Positions 41,501-55,257 are shown, counted from the stretch's first letter. The stretch is DNA of 64,000 nucleotides from Octopus vulgaris (GCA_951406725.2 OX597819.1:74896001-74960000), one strand, 5' to 3'. A program made the numbers and translations. The notes: a model not told the origin generated them from the letters alone.

Positions 41501-42942
41501 AGCAGTTGAGTTGAATTTTAATAGTTCTTTGGATACAGTGATGGCCAAGCTTAACCACAAGATTATTTTACTCAACACTAGAACCCAATGAAATATTCAG
41601 TCTAACAATATTGTCCCTGAATTCCATCATTTCAGTAAGGACTGAGAGCTAGGAGGGGCAGGGAGCTTGACTGCTGACAGTGACTTGATCTTGGGCCCAA
41701 CCCAGGCCTGGTGACTCAACACAAACTGCTTGTTTTTGCAACTAAATAGAAAACTTGAATGTTCAGTCTTCAGATTTAAAAATTGGCTGAAGGAAAATAT
41801 TTTCAGCTGAAATCACAATAATCCATATTGGCCCATTGGGAAGGTTCTAAAAGAAGGAATTAGGTAGAACTAGAAGCAGATTGGTCAAAGTTTGACCTTG
41901 ATGTTTGAGTATTGCTCAGTCAGGTTGATTGATGTCTATTATTTGTAAAATACTTGAGTGTGCACTGAGTCTCAAATAAGAACTCGATTTTCTTTTCCTT
42001 CATAGCTGGACACGCAGACATCCCCAATGGAGCAAAGGCTGCAACTTTGCATCTAGTCTTTAGATGTCAGTGACAGCCTACAGTTGAATCACTAGGGTGG
42101 CAAGCTAGCAGAATCATTAGCACACCAGGCGAAATGCTTTGTGGCATTTTGTCTGCTTTTATGTTCTGAGTTCAAATTTCACCGAGGCCGACTTTGCCTT
42201 TCATGCCTTCAGGGTTAGTAAAATAAGAACCAGTTGGATCAGTGTAATTAACTAACCTCATCATCATCGTTTAACATCTGTTTTCCATGCTGGCATGGGT
42301 TGGATGGTTTGACTGGGGACTGACAAGCCAGGAGGCCACACTAGGCTCCAATCTGATCTGGCAAGGTTTCTACAGCTGGATGCCCTTCCTTACACCAACC
42401 ACTCCGAGAGTGTAGTAGGTGCTTTTTACAAATTGAAGGAACATGCATGTGGCTGAGCACTCCATACACATGTACCCTTAATGTAGTTCAGAGGGAGATT
42501 CAGCATGACACAATGTGTGACACGGCTGACCCCTTTTGAAATACAGGTATGACTCCTTTTTGCCAGCTGAGTGGACTGAGGTAACGTGAAATAAAATATC
42601 TTGCTCAAAGACACAACACTTCGATGGGAATTGAACTCTTGATCATACAATTGTGAGTTGAATGCCCTAACCACTAAGCCACATGCCATCCCCCAAAATT
42701 TCATGCCTTGTGCCCTTAGTAGAAAGGATTATTAGTCCAATCACTGAAGGCTAAATCTCACTTCAAGTGTAAATCCTTGTTTTTTTTGATATCCATCCCC
42801 ATTTTTATTCTTTCCCCTCCCCACCCAATCAGATATGTTGTGTCAGTTGTAGCACTGACATGGTCTCTCTTTCTCCTCACCCTCCTCCACCAACTCAAAT
42901 GTACCCTTGTATTCAACCAACTCCTTTCACTCCTTCACAAAG

Positions 42943-42944
<2 letters not shown>

Positions 42945-43014
<70 letters not shown>
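42945..43014. repeat. (CA)n microsatellite
   Basis: ~35 uninterrupted CA units. Confidence 0.97.
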
Positions 43015-43016
<2 letters not shown>

Positions 43017-43458
43017 CAGCCATCTCCTGCCAGACTGGCACTAATTCTCTGCAGAGGATTTGTAAGCTGCCTTCAAAGGTCTTGCTTCCCAACCATGTGG
43101 TTTCAGGTTCACTCCCACTCTGTGGCACTTCAGACAAGTATCTTCCATAGCCTTTGGCCTTGTCACTGGATTTTGGTCGATGAAAACTGAGAGAAGCTGG
43201 CTTATATTTGCACCATAAAAGAGTTCTTTGCTAAGTAGTGGTGTTTTCATTTCTATCAATAATTCATCAGCTCCCTTCACACCTCCAAATGCCTGTGAAA
43301 AGATCCTTTACTTGAAAAACAAGGGTTAGCCACAAGAACACAACCTCAATCTAGTCGTCTTACCTATACTAGTATTTTCTTTAAAAATTGACATAATTTT
43401 ATCTTGTGCCATTCCCTGTGTACACCTGAATGACACAGAAACCCTCGAAGTCTCTTAA

Positions 43459-43659
43459 CCCACATCCGGCCCCAATATTCTCCCTGTTTTATGTTTAAAC
43501 TGACCAGATCAAGCTTCTCATACCTACCCTATAATGTCATTGTAAAAATAAACAATCATATCATTGAAATCTCAAAAGCTATGAGATAATCCATGATGAA
43601 TTCAAAACAATGTGAATAAATAAGAATTAGATTTGACAATAATCTGAATGCTTAAAGGG
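43459..43659. mobile_element. piggyBac-like MITE
   Basis: ttaa|ccc...ctgaatgcttaaaggg|ttaa. Confidence 0.7.
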
Positions 43660-45350
43660 TTAATAGACCGTTTCAGACCAATCCCTCCCTTTCTCTCTCT
43701 CTCGATGACCTCTTATTGACACTATTACCAAAGCTTCATAAGTTTCCTTTTTAGGGTCAGATAATAGCTGAATTGTGACTCTTGCTAATTCTCTACAAAC
43801 ATCAAGTAGAGCCACCCTAATTAATCTTACATCTAGAAGAGTGATTACATAACTCAGCAATCAATATCCCTGAAGGCCATTCATTCGATTGCAAAATGTT
43901 GACTCACCAACAAGTTGCTGATTCATTGCATGTTAACTACAACAGCTTCTAAAATAGATCACCACCACCACCCATGTCCAACCTATATATACCTTCTCTC
44001 ACCTCTTTTACTCAACATTCTACTGCCCAATCCTTCCTTCAAGCTAAAAAACAACCTCACTAACCCCCACCACCTCTTTTGGCTTATTACAAAAGAAATG
44101 CATACTTCTGCGTGTCATATCTACAGGTGTGACTGTCTGATAAGAAATTTGCTTTCCAACCAAATGGTCTCAGGTTCAGTCCCACTGTTTGGCACCTTGT
44201 GCAGGTGTCTTCCTCTAGCCAACTATAACCGAGTGGATAACTGAAAGAAGCTCATTGTGTGTGTATTTAATGCACAATATATGGAATTCTCTAATCCAGT
44301 GGTAATCTCAAAAATAAAAGCTCCTTTAATGGACTGGCTTACATGCCACATAGCAAGCCAATATGTAGGAGTGTAATGTGGAGCCCCCTATCCAGTTGAA
44401 ATCCAATAAATCTGATCAGTGGAGATTAATACAGAACGTAAAGAAAGTCTGGAGATATGAAATGAATATATTTATTTCACATTTGAATATCCAGCGGATG
44501 ACAGCCATTTTGCAGTCGACATCAGGAAAAAATAATTTTAGTTTCAAATTATTTCACATCTGCACAAGTGTGTGTGTATGCTATAAAGTTGCATAGTATT
44601 CTTCGTCATCGTTTAATGTCCGTTTTCCATGCTGACATGGGTTAGACAGTTTGACTGAGGACTGGCAAGCCAGGAGGCTGCACCAGGTTCCAATCTAAAT
44701 CTGGCAGTGTTTCTGTAGCTGGATGCCTTCCTAATGCCAACCACTCCAGAAGTGTAGTGGGTGCATTTTACATGTTGCCGGCACAGGAGCCAGTCAAGCG
44801 GGCCTGGCATCAATTACGTTTGCATAGTGCTTTTTACATGCCACCAGCATGGGAGCAAATCAGGGGGGCAGTGGCATCAGCCATGTTTGGATACTGCTTT
44901 TTACATGCAACTGGCACGGGAACCTGTACATTTTAGACCAACAGAATATCATAATTACATTAATTTTTCCAACTTTAGTATACACATACAAAATTAAATT
45001 ACTACATCACTTGTCCAGTTTTTTTGTTTGGATTTCAATTGATTTTTCGTAATAGATTTTCTGTCTTGTTTCCATTGTTTTACTTTTCCTTCTGCAAACC
45101 ATTCAAAATGCTATCTTTATATCAACCAGTTGCATACAGCTGCATCTCCAAAGATCAGCCTAACTCTTCTCTCTTCATATCCTGTTTGTTTTGTTTTTAA
45201 ACCAGAAGATAATTGAATGACCTGACCCTATTTCTTGACATCAAACAGTAAGGTTTCAACTAAATTTATATCAAGCTGCTCAAGAAAAGGGATTTCAAAT
45301 TTTCTTGGATTTTTTTTTAACATTTATTTTTCCTAAACTATTCCATATGA

Positions 45351-45383
<33 letters not shown>

Positions 45384-45557
45384 GACAGAGAACACCACTG
45401 GAAAATACAAAAACTAAAAAGAAACAGCACATATGCTAGGACACAACCTCCTAAGCAGATCGAGTGTAGATAGGAATAGCATATGGGAACCAGTATTAAG
45501 GAAGGATAGGAAAATATTAGATTTATAAGTCCTAAAATTCACTTCATAATTGCCCAT

Positions 45558-45655
45558 GGGTACATGGTGTAGTGGTTAAGAGCATAGGCTACTAACCCCA
45601 AGATTCTGAGTTCGATTCCAGGCAGTGACCTGATAATAATAATAATAATAATAAT
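45558..45655 (+). mobile_element. tRNA-length SINE with (TAA)n tail
   Basis: A box tggtgtagtggtt, B box gagttcgattcc, then gtgacctga(taa)n; partial reverse copy at ~55853-55894. Confidence 0.7.
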
Positions 45656-48600
45656 TCCATATGAACAGTGATATCTGAGCTGATTAGGCAAAATATCTTT
45701 GTTCCCTTGATTGAAAAGGTTCATATCTTGCCTCTCTTTGGACTTCTGTCAGTCTTAGAAATCATTTCAAAAACTAAAATTCCAGATGTTGATTTTCTGC
45801 TTTTATCTGAAGTTTTTCCAAAATGGTTAATAGTTGTTCTTCTTGTTTCTTTGATGTTATCTTTTAAGGTGGTGATTTGGTAGAATTGTTAACACACTTT
45901 TCATCTGTCTTCAGATTTTGAGTTCAAATTTCACCAAGGTTAACTTTGTGTTTCGTTCCATTGGGGTCAATAAAATAAGTACCAGTTTAAGCATTGGGGT
46001 TGACATAATCAATTTAACCTCTCCCACAAAACTTGAGGTGTTGTCGAAAAGGTTATTTTCTTTTGTTTTAAGTCCAAATCAGTTTCTCTCAATGAAACTT
46101 TGGAACCTGTCGAATCACTACCGATGTAATGGCTGGACATATTGTAGATGATTTAGTTAATGCGATACATTAAAGTGGATAAGTAAAGGCTTGCATAAAA
46201 TATATTTTCAATTTTTATTTGCATGCAACAAACAGCTTCATAGTTTGAGAGGAATTTCAATGTGATTTCAAATGTTGTGCTAGAAATCCTATTTTGAACA
46301 ACAGTTATAAAAGAGAATTGTCTTGAAGGTTATTTAGAGGATTTGGACACAGATTGCATAATTTTAGTGTTACATTTGTTCTTGTCAATGTCTTTTTAGT
46401 TAACTACAAATTTTCATTATTTTTGTTTTTCATCTAGTGTGAAAATTAAGGTTTTAAATTTATCTAATGCAAAGCTAAATGCTAAGCTTTTTTTCTTTTT
46501 TTCTTTTCTTTTGTATTTTCCACTCCCCTTTGTTTAAAGTGAGTGAATTGGTTGAAAAGAAATCAAGAAGCTGACATCTGGAGTTTCCAGCTACTTATCC
46601 GTAGTTCCTATCTTCCAGATTAGGTTTTGGGAGAGAGTGGCCTGGTGCTTCAATGATGGACAGTCTATCATATTTAGCAGGCAAGTAGGTTAGGTCACAA
46701 CAAAATGTTGTTGGGCTGGTTTAACCTGCCCCCAACTTTCCACACTGTTGGACTGTTGGTGACTCCCTCTACTTTCTTTGTCCTTCTCTTCCTCTCAAAC
46801 CATTTTCTTTTACTCTTGGAAAATAATTTTTAAAATAATTATTTAGACAAGTTGTTTCAGAATTTTAAAAATTTATAATTTCAGTAAATATTAATTGTTA
46901 AAAAAAAAAAAAAAAAAAAATTTTTCCAAATGGTATTTTAGATATAAGATTCTGATTTAATCTCTTTTAATTCTGAAAGTATTTAAGATGACCAGTTAAT
47001 GGGATGCTTTCTAACTTTATGATAATCATGTTTTGCTACAGAGTCCAAAGTCTTTGAAAATGGTTGGGGGTGAGTACCATTTTTAAAAACTCTTTTTAAA
47101 TAATTGGAACAACAACTACAACAACAGCAACAAATATCACAAATGGTCAGTCTTTGGAATATCATAGTAAAGGTATTGTAATTTTCAATCTCAGTTGGTT
47201 TTTCTTGTTTGACCCATTGTCATGGTAACCCAGACCAAATATATCGGTTTATTAAAATGTTTAAACATACAGGTAAGTCTCCTTTTCCCTGTTTTTTCTT
47301 CTTCTTTGTAACCTAAGTGAAACGTTAAACCCCCCTCCCCTCACCAATGATATTCATTGTTGCTTTTTGTAGAAATAACCATAGTGTATTTCGTTTTGTG
47401 TCTTGGTATGGAAACATTTTTTTAAATAACTAAACTTTTAATGATGTTTCAATCACATCCAAAGTTTTCTGTTCTGTGCATCTGGTTGATTAGTTCTCTT
47501 TGACATTTTGGATTCTCTTCAAATAGTGATTGCTGAAATATCCAAAAGAATCTTGAGGTAGAGAAAACATTAAATTGGACACCTCCTGGTTCCATCGATG
47601 AAGAAAATAAAAACTGGTCATTATTGTTTAATTTGTAGAGGTTTTGCGGTTTTTTTTTTTTTTTTTTATAAAAGTAGCTCTTTTAGTAGGTTCTTCTAAA
47701 TGGTTTGGTCAGTTGGAAATGGGGCAGAAGTGGACAGTGAAAAGTCTTGGTCTGACCAAATGGTTCCATGTCTTATGGAGATTATTAGTTGGTTTTCACA
47801 CTTGTCGTTTGTGATGGAAATATCTTTTATTTGTGTGTGAGGATACACACACACAATAATTCTTGTTTAGGATTTGTTAATGATGAATTGGAGAAAGGGG
47901 AAGGATTTGCTGGACTGGCTACTTCGTGTGTGTTTAGGGGGGGGGGATGCAAGTGTGGCTTTGTTTTGAAACCACATGGTATCAGATTTAGTCCAACTTA
48001 TGTGGTACCTTGAGTCAAGCGTCTTCTACTACTGAACCGTGTGAGTGGATTTGGTAGACAGAAACTGCAATAAGGTTGGCGTGTGTTTGTGTATGTTTTT
48101 TGTCCCCAAGACCACTTCACAACCAGCATTGGTATGTTTACATCCCTCATAACTTTGCAGTTTGGCAAGAAACCAATAGAATAAGAACCAGGCTTTCAAA
48201 AAAACAAAAATACTGGGGTTGAATCATTCAACTAAAAATTGAAAGCAGTGCCCTAGCAGGGCCACAGCCAAATGATTGAAATGGAAGACAAATTGTTCAC
48301 TCTTTACATATTGTTGCATCATTTTATATTTTCAAACTTTGGGGTTTACACACCAAACTCTTATCTTTTCTTACTTTTTTTTGCTCTCTCTCTAATTATC
48401 TCTTTTAATGACTGCCAGACAAGGCAGAACCTTGGAAGCCTCACAGAGGCAATGTGGCCAATGCCAGTGTTGTGTAACTGGCACATAAAAAGCACCTTTT
48501 GAGTGTTGGGCTTCACGGAGGCAATGACAAATGACCAAGATCTTTGTCGATATACTGTGCTTGAGAAGATGCATCAAGCCAAGTGAAATCATAGCCGTGG

Positions 48601-49658
48601 CACATAAAAGCTCACTTTACACTAAGTGGTTGGCATTAAGAAGGGCATCCAGCTGGTGTCTGGTGCAGCCCCTCAGCTTACCACCCAACCCATGCCAGCA
48701 TGGACAACAGACATTAAGTGATAGGATTACTAAACCTGTCACAATCTCTCTACTCTCACTCATTATTAGCTCTCTCTTGTGTGTGTGCGTGTTTATATAT
48801 AAGTTTTTTGTTTTCTTGGAATCTTGTAAATTATTTTTTCATTTTGACATTCAGAAACTTACCAAGTTTTAAAGGAAATCATAATACTCATCAGTTCTAA
48901 AGTTTGTCACTACTGCATCCACTGTTAACAGATTGTCTGTGGAACACACACTGTGTATGTTCAGTACTTACATAGAAATCTTTTCAACCAACCAAACTGG
49001 GTCTGCTTCAACTGTAGATGCTTTGCTTTAAGGGCTTTCACTTTTATTGAAATCCTCATAACATTATGGCATTCCAGCATTATAATATTTAAAGGTACAT
49101 CAGGCCATGGGTTGAAAAGTTTTATTTGGTGCCTTTCCATGAGACAATATATATTTATTACAATTTTGATTTTCTTCTCTTGGAACATTTGCCACTCGTT
49201 ATCCTATTTACTGCCATTATCAAGAGTTTAATTGGATGAAATCTCTTTCCTATATCAGCAAACATCTCTGCTATAAATTTGGTGGCCTGAAGTGCCAAAT
49301 GAGAGAATGTTAAATATTTGGTTTATCTGTTCATTTATTTGGTGCTTAAATTTGGGAAGAATTTGTTTTCATTTCAAAATAAGTTAATTTGTACCTAAAA
49401 ATTTCTAAAGATCTATTTTGGGAGTGTATTATTATTGTCTCCAGACTGAGGAACTTAGTGCTATGGATTCTAATAGTTGAGGAAAGTTATTTGGGGTTTT
49501 TTGTAATTTAAGAATATTTCTAGTGTTTTTGAATCTATAATGATTTTAATGTCCTCACTGATGGTCTGCTTTGCAATTAAAAGCAACAGAATTCTATTTT
49601 TCATAATTAAAGCAAAGAAGAAAAAAAAAATCTTTGATGCATTTATTTGTGGCAATTT

Positions 49659-49805
49659 TCACTGGAGAATAAAGTAGGTTTGAGATGCTTCCGAAATACT
49701 CAGGTCCTGGAAGTGACCGTCTTGATGGCTTGTTAGGCTTGACATTTCTGTTAAGCTCAAGCTAAAATTAATTTGCAATGCACCAGTTGGATTATCTGAT
49801 GGAAT
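49659..49805 (-). pseudogene. SCPEP1: SCPEP1-like serine carboxypeptidase, terminal exon
   Basis: tttttctcttgtag|IPSDNPTGALQ... matches the VPSDQ...AL motif that follows AGHM; stop at 49661-49659; AATAAA at 49647-49642. Confidence 0.75.
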
Positions 49806-50150
49806 CTACAAGAGAAAAATGGAATTGGTTTTTAACTGCAAGAGCTGCTGCTAATTAAAATGGCTTTGCTTTAATCAATGGACCCCACTAACAACCATAT
49901 TATTTGGCTGAAACAAAACAAATGTTGATCTCTATACTTTAGATGAATTACAAAATGGTTGCCCATCTGGATTGTTCCCTGCCTTTCAAGTGTACTACTA
50001 CTACTACAAGTACACTGCATTCATTTGTATGAAAACAAAAGTAAATAAACCAGTAGAAGTCTATTTTGCTGTATTTGTATTTTGTGTGTAATCAATTTAT
50101 TGTGATGTTTAAACCTCGAAATACAATGAAAAACAAAAGTGAATATTTAC

Positions 50151-50305
50151 CATGTGACCTGCATTTAATATTCAGTAGAATGAGAAATTTTTTAGGCTTC
50201 TTTTATATACCATAACAGTTTGTGTGATTGGATCAACAAGAATTCTTCTTTTGGTGTTTTTAAAGGCCATGGCAATGTCCAGATCATCCAACCATTTTTC
50301 AGTAC
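50151..50305 (-). pseudogene. SCPEP1: SCPEP1-like exon with catalytic His motif and in-frame TGA
   Basis: aacag|GTEKWLDDL...YKRSLKNFSFY*ILNAGHM|gtaaat; family motif is NLAFYWILKAGHMVP. Confidence 0.88.
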
Positions 50306-51672
50306 CTGTTCGAAAAATTTCAATTAAACTTTGGCACAACAGCACAAATATTGGTTTAATATTAATGGATTTCACTCATTCATCTAACAGCAGCTCAATA
50401 TACCTGCTTTAGTTCAGTTTACTGTGATATTGAGCATTAATATAAAGTTTTCTATAGTAATGTTGCTGGGTAGACATGACAGCTGTGTTCACTCTGAAGG
50501 ATATTGGTAATGTAATTGTAGTCCTCAACATTCCTGTTTCTTGGCTGAATGTGTTTTTACAGAAAATTGAAAATGACACCACTTGTGTGACAGTGACTCT
50601 TATTTACAACTATTGTGCATTGTCAAGGTAAGGAAAAACACACACTACATAAACAGTGAGTTTCTTTCAGTTTCCATCTCTCAAATTCATTCAAACCTTT
50701 GGCTTCTATATAAAAACACTTGCCTAAGATGCCACAACATGGAAAGGGTTTTTTTTCCCTCTCCATATGTAAATTGTACAAGTTTACTAAAACTTTTCCC
50801 CAGAAATAGTAAATACACACCTGGTGCTGTATCAGAGCTCAATGAGATATAAAACGAATTTCATCAAGATCAGATGAAAATCATTATTTAATGGTCCCTT
50901 TTTTTTTTTTTCTTTTTGTGCTGGCATGAGTTGAACAGTTTGACAGGATCTGGTGATCCACAGGGCTTACATTGTGCTCTTTTTGGAGGGGGGGGGGACA
51001 ATGTTTAATTTCACACCAGAAATTAATAGAAATGATTTTGGAGTTTTTTCTTAATCCTGCATCCCTCAACATGCTATCTTAGTTTGGTCTTCAAAATTCC
51101 TGGCAATATTTTTGCAAATTTACCTGCCCTCTTCCCTTTTCCAATCATCATCATGATGCCTCTCATTCCTGTTGCTCTACCAAATTTTAACTGCTCATCA
51201 CCAGACAAAATCACTTCCCCTCAATACTCCACTCCCCTTCAATCAAGAGGTCTTGTCTTGGTGACCTTGCAACTGCTGGTGCCACAAAGAGCATCCAATG
51301 CACTCTATGAAGTGGTTGGTACAAAGGGCATACAGCCACAGAAACCATTCCATAGCAGACATTGGCATTCAGTACAATCGTCTGGCTCTGTCAAAGCATC
51401 CAAACAATGATGCCAGTATGGAAGAGTAAAGGTTACAGACAACTTTTTTTTTCCCCCCAAAGTTAACAAAAGCAAATTTCTGTGGCATCTGCTTTTTTTT
51501 TTTTTTTTTTTTTTTGTGTAATGACGATAAAATATATTTTGAAATAAGGATTAAAAACTTTTTTTTAAATTTCTCTCCCCCCCCACCTGTACATATGTGA
51601 TCTGATTATGCTAAACATTACAATATATTCAGTGTAAACAGGATAAATAATGAAACAAGTTGTTCTACTCAC

Positions 51673-51750
51673 CTAAAGTTGCCACAATAAGATCCAGTTG
51701 TCCACTGTAAACCACGACTTTTAGTCTGCTCGAATGGATCAGCTCATTAA
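51673..51750 (-). pseudogene. SCPEP1: SCPEP1-like exon with catalytic Asp motif
   Basis: cgtag|VNELIHSSRLKVVVYSGQLDLIVATLG|gtgagt; family motif is V.VYNGQLDLIV. Confidence 0.9.
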
Positions 51751-54378
51751 CTACGTAAAATCCTCAATGGTATCAGATAATATTGATGACAATAACATCA
51801 GTTTAAGATGAAAATGATTGGGTTCAAAATTGAGGGCCAACTGATTACAGGGCACCTAACACTTTGTATTAAGTTATTGGAATTGTTTTCTGTTATAAGT
51901 TAGTGATGTGAATGCATGCAGTGCCAATGATCTCAGCAGGGAACCCCCCACATGTTTGCAAGTCCCCACCCCCAACCTACCCTGCATATGTGAGACTGAT
52001 GGCATTAAAGTTCCTGTGGAACCTTTAGCACTTGCAGGAAAGGAGGGAGACATGACTTGCGTGATAGGAAGAGCAGAGGCAATCATAGTAGCTGTAGAAA
52101 ATCCACAGCACATCTGTGGGGCCCCAATGGCAGCTGGAGATTAACTGTGGCTTGATGGCAGATCAGTCTGATGGTTATCTGCAATACATGTTCTGGGATG
52201 TCTGTGCAGTAACAATACTGTCTGATGTTTATCAATAAATGTTTGGGGATGTAGTATCTTCAGACCTTCCAGGGAAGAAGTAGTTGATGGAACGTAATCC
52301 GAGCTGTGTTACATTGAGTTGGTGCAGGATATAAAACTATTGTAAATTATAAAACAATCATCAATTATGCACCAACCTAATAGAAACAAGAAGTGTTCTA
52401 ACGCAATATCTCCACTTTTAAAAGAGGGACGTAACGATTACCTTTTGGCATTAATCCTCCTGTCACTATTAATTATCAATAAGTCCAGTGGCTATTTGCA
52501 ATGCCAGTGCTTGAATAGACACTGAGATTCCATGTCTATCACTGCTATCTCTAGCTTTAGGTGTCTACCATTGACAAGGCCAAGGAAGGCTGAAATCACA
52601 TGACCTGCTAGTTCCAGCAGTGGCAGCAATATGAACAGTGTTTCTATGCACCAAAGGCCAAGATGAATGATTCTCTCTCATGGTAACCTATCACAGTATT
52701 CTGTACCCGAACACAACATCCCCAACCCCCTTTTTTTTTTCTTTGTAAGTGAGGATAAATATTACCTTTTGGTGTTCATACTGCTTCTGTTGCTATTATT
52801 TTTTAAAAAGAAAAGTGATGGCGGTGCCGCAGCATGGCCACAGCTCATGAGCTGAAACTAGATGAAATGAAAAATGAGTGGGGAGGAGAGCATTAAAAAT
52901 TGTGATAACAGAAAATTAAACTATGTAACATTAATCACTAATGTAATAATGTAACTTAGAATAAATGGCTGTTTGGAAATGAAGAGGGGTAGTCCAGCAT
53001 GCTACTCTCCTGATCCCCTCCCCTAAATTGCTGGCCTTTTGCCAAGATTTGAGATGTTTATTACAGCTGTTTTTACATGAAGCACATCACAAATTTGTAA
53101 GGCTAGTTCTAAGTCAAAACTAAATTCAGTGCATGCCAATGGTATATACTGACCTCTCTCCATGCAATTGGATTTGAATTTACTGCTGTTATAAATTAAT
53201 CCAGCATTTCAATGGCAGTTGGGCCCTGCTTAACCATGTTCTCTCTTCACTGAGGATCCAGCTGGGTTGTTGGCTCATCACATGCCATATATGGTCACAG
53301 CTGATGAGGATGTTATTTTGCAGATATGGGGACAGACTGGGATTCTGCTCGACAAGTTGCCCCAGACAGAGAGTGCAGCAATGGTACCATGGCCTCACAC
53401 CTGAATTAACTGGCATTTCAGCAAGTTGTGCTTAAAAATAAATTATATTTTATGGTTATCTCGTCTGCTTTTTTTAGAATGTATTGGAAATAGAACTCTT
53501 GGTGCTTCTACCAATTTCAGGATGAAAATGAATACACTTCAGGGATTAGGAAATCCCAAGTAACTATGCCTGTGACAGCAGACTGATAGGGTCCACATAA
53601 GATTATTGTTGTTAAAATTTGTGTGCAATAATTTGGTTATATTTCTACAACACGCAAAATATTTTTAATAATTTTTTAAAAATACAATTCTTCATCATCA
53701 TTTAGCATCCACTTTCCATGCTGGCATGGGTTGGACAGTTTGACTGAGACTACTAAGCTAGAGAGCTGCATCAAATTCCAGTCTGATTTGGCATGGTTTC
53801 TATGGCTGGATGCCCTTCCTAATGCTGACCACTCCAAGAGTGTAATGAGTGCTTTTACGTGCCACTTAGATGACACCAGTAACAGCCACAACTATTTTTT
53901 CATTAATATGCAGTTCCTTACCTGTAAAGGAATGTGTCCAGAGAGCACTGACAGTGATGTGTGCAATAAGGAAACCAGCAATTGCTGACAAACTATGCTT
54001 GCAAAAACCTGTTGAGGCAAGTGAAATCGCTGTTGTGGCCGATGACAGTACTGTCTGATTGGCACCTGTGCTAGTGGCATATAAAAAGCAACATTCAAGC
54101 ATGGTCGTTGCCAGACTGGCTCCTGTGCAGGTGGCAGGTAAAAAGCACCATTTCAGCATGGCTGATGCCAGTATCGCCTGACTGGTCCTCATGCCAGTGG
54201 CACATAAAAGCATCCACTACATTCTCAGAGTGGTTGGCATTAGGAAGGGCATCCAGCTGTAAAAACAGCCAGATCAGATTGGAGACTGGTGCAGCCTTCT
54301 GGCTTGCTAAACCTCAGTCAAACTGTCCAACCCATGCCAGCATGGAAAGCAGATGTTAATGATGATTGAAAGATAAGT

Positions 54379-54500
54379 TATCCATATATTGCAGAAAAAA
54401 GTTATCTGTGGCCAGCCATGAGACTCAAACTCGCATCCCTGGGATGTGAGTTCGAGTCTCATGGCTGACCAGTAACAAATTTTTCTGCAATATATGGATA
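54379..54500. repeat. Near-perfect 122-bp palindrome
   Basis: tatccatatattgcagaaaaaa...cagccatgagactcaaactcgcatccc-t-gggatgtgagttcgagtctcatggctg...ttttttctgcaatatatggata. Confidence 0.9.
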
Positions 54501-55028
54501 GTTTATCCTGTTCATGCTATTGTATTAGCATTATCCTGCATTTGAGAATAAAATTATTTCCTTATCTGTATCATTCTATACATCTCAACCCTTCTAAAGC
54601 AAACTTTGGCTATCATCCTAAGTTGAATTTAATATTTAATTCTAAAAATATAATAGGATGTTTTTTTAATCAAATGACTATGAAGATCCATCCAAATAAA
54701 ATAGAAATCAAAGCAGCCCATGGGTAAAAAAAAAAGGGGGGGGGTTAACCACAGCTCCACAACCTGAAATATATTTGAGTAAATTGAACAACTGTGGATA
54801 CAAACTGAAGAGGCTTGGTACAGAGATATCGTTAGATGAAATTTCACTGTAAATATTTTTGCTGTAGGAAAATTTGCCATAAAAAAAAAGATGAGTTTTC
54901 TTAAAATGGCAACTTCCTCAACCTATCAATTAGAGAATGGTAATTTCTTTAAAATGAGTTTTCTAGTTTACAGTCTGCTTTTGTGCCTCTTAGGGTGACA
55001 AATTTTCCTATTGTAAAAAAATGTTTAA

Positions 55029-55257
55029 CCCTTTAGCATTCAAACCGGCCATATCTGGCCAAAATATTTAACCTGTTTTATATTGAAACTGACCAGAACT
55101 CGCATCTCGCCTCTCACCTCTCAGCCCTACCATGCCATTCTAAAACTAAAAAATCACATCACTGAAATCTCTAAACTACAAGATAATGCATGATTAATTC
55201 AAACCACTTTAATTAAACAAACATCACATATGACAGAATAATCTGAACACTAAAGGG
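55029..55257 (+). mobile_element. piggyBac-like MITE
   Basis: TTAA|ccctttagcattca...tgaacactaaaggg|TTAA. Confidence 0.8.

Noticed and set aside
50172-50174. TGA as selenocysteine or a variant genetic code
   Set aside because: The position is Trp, not Cys, in the family; no SECIS was recognised; the gene is nuclear and spliced, and TGA appears to end the same gene's last exon.
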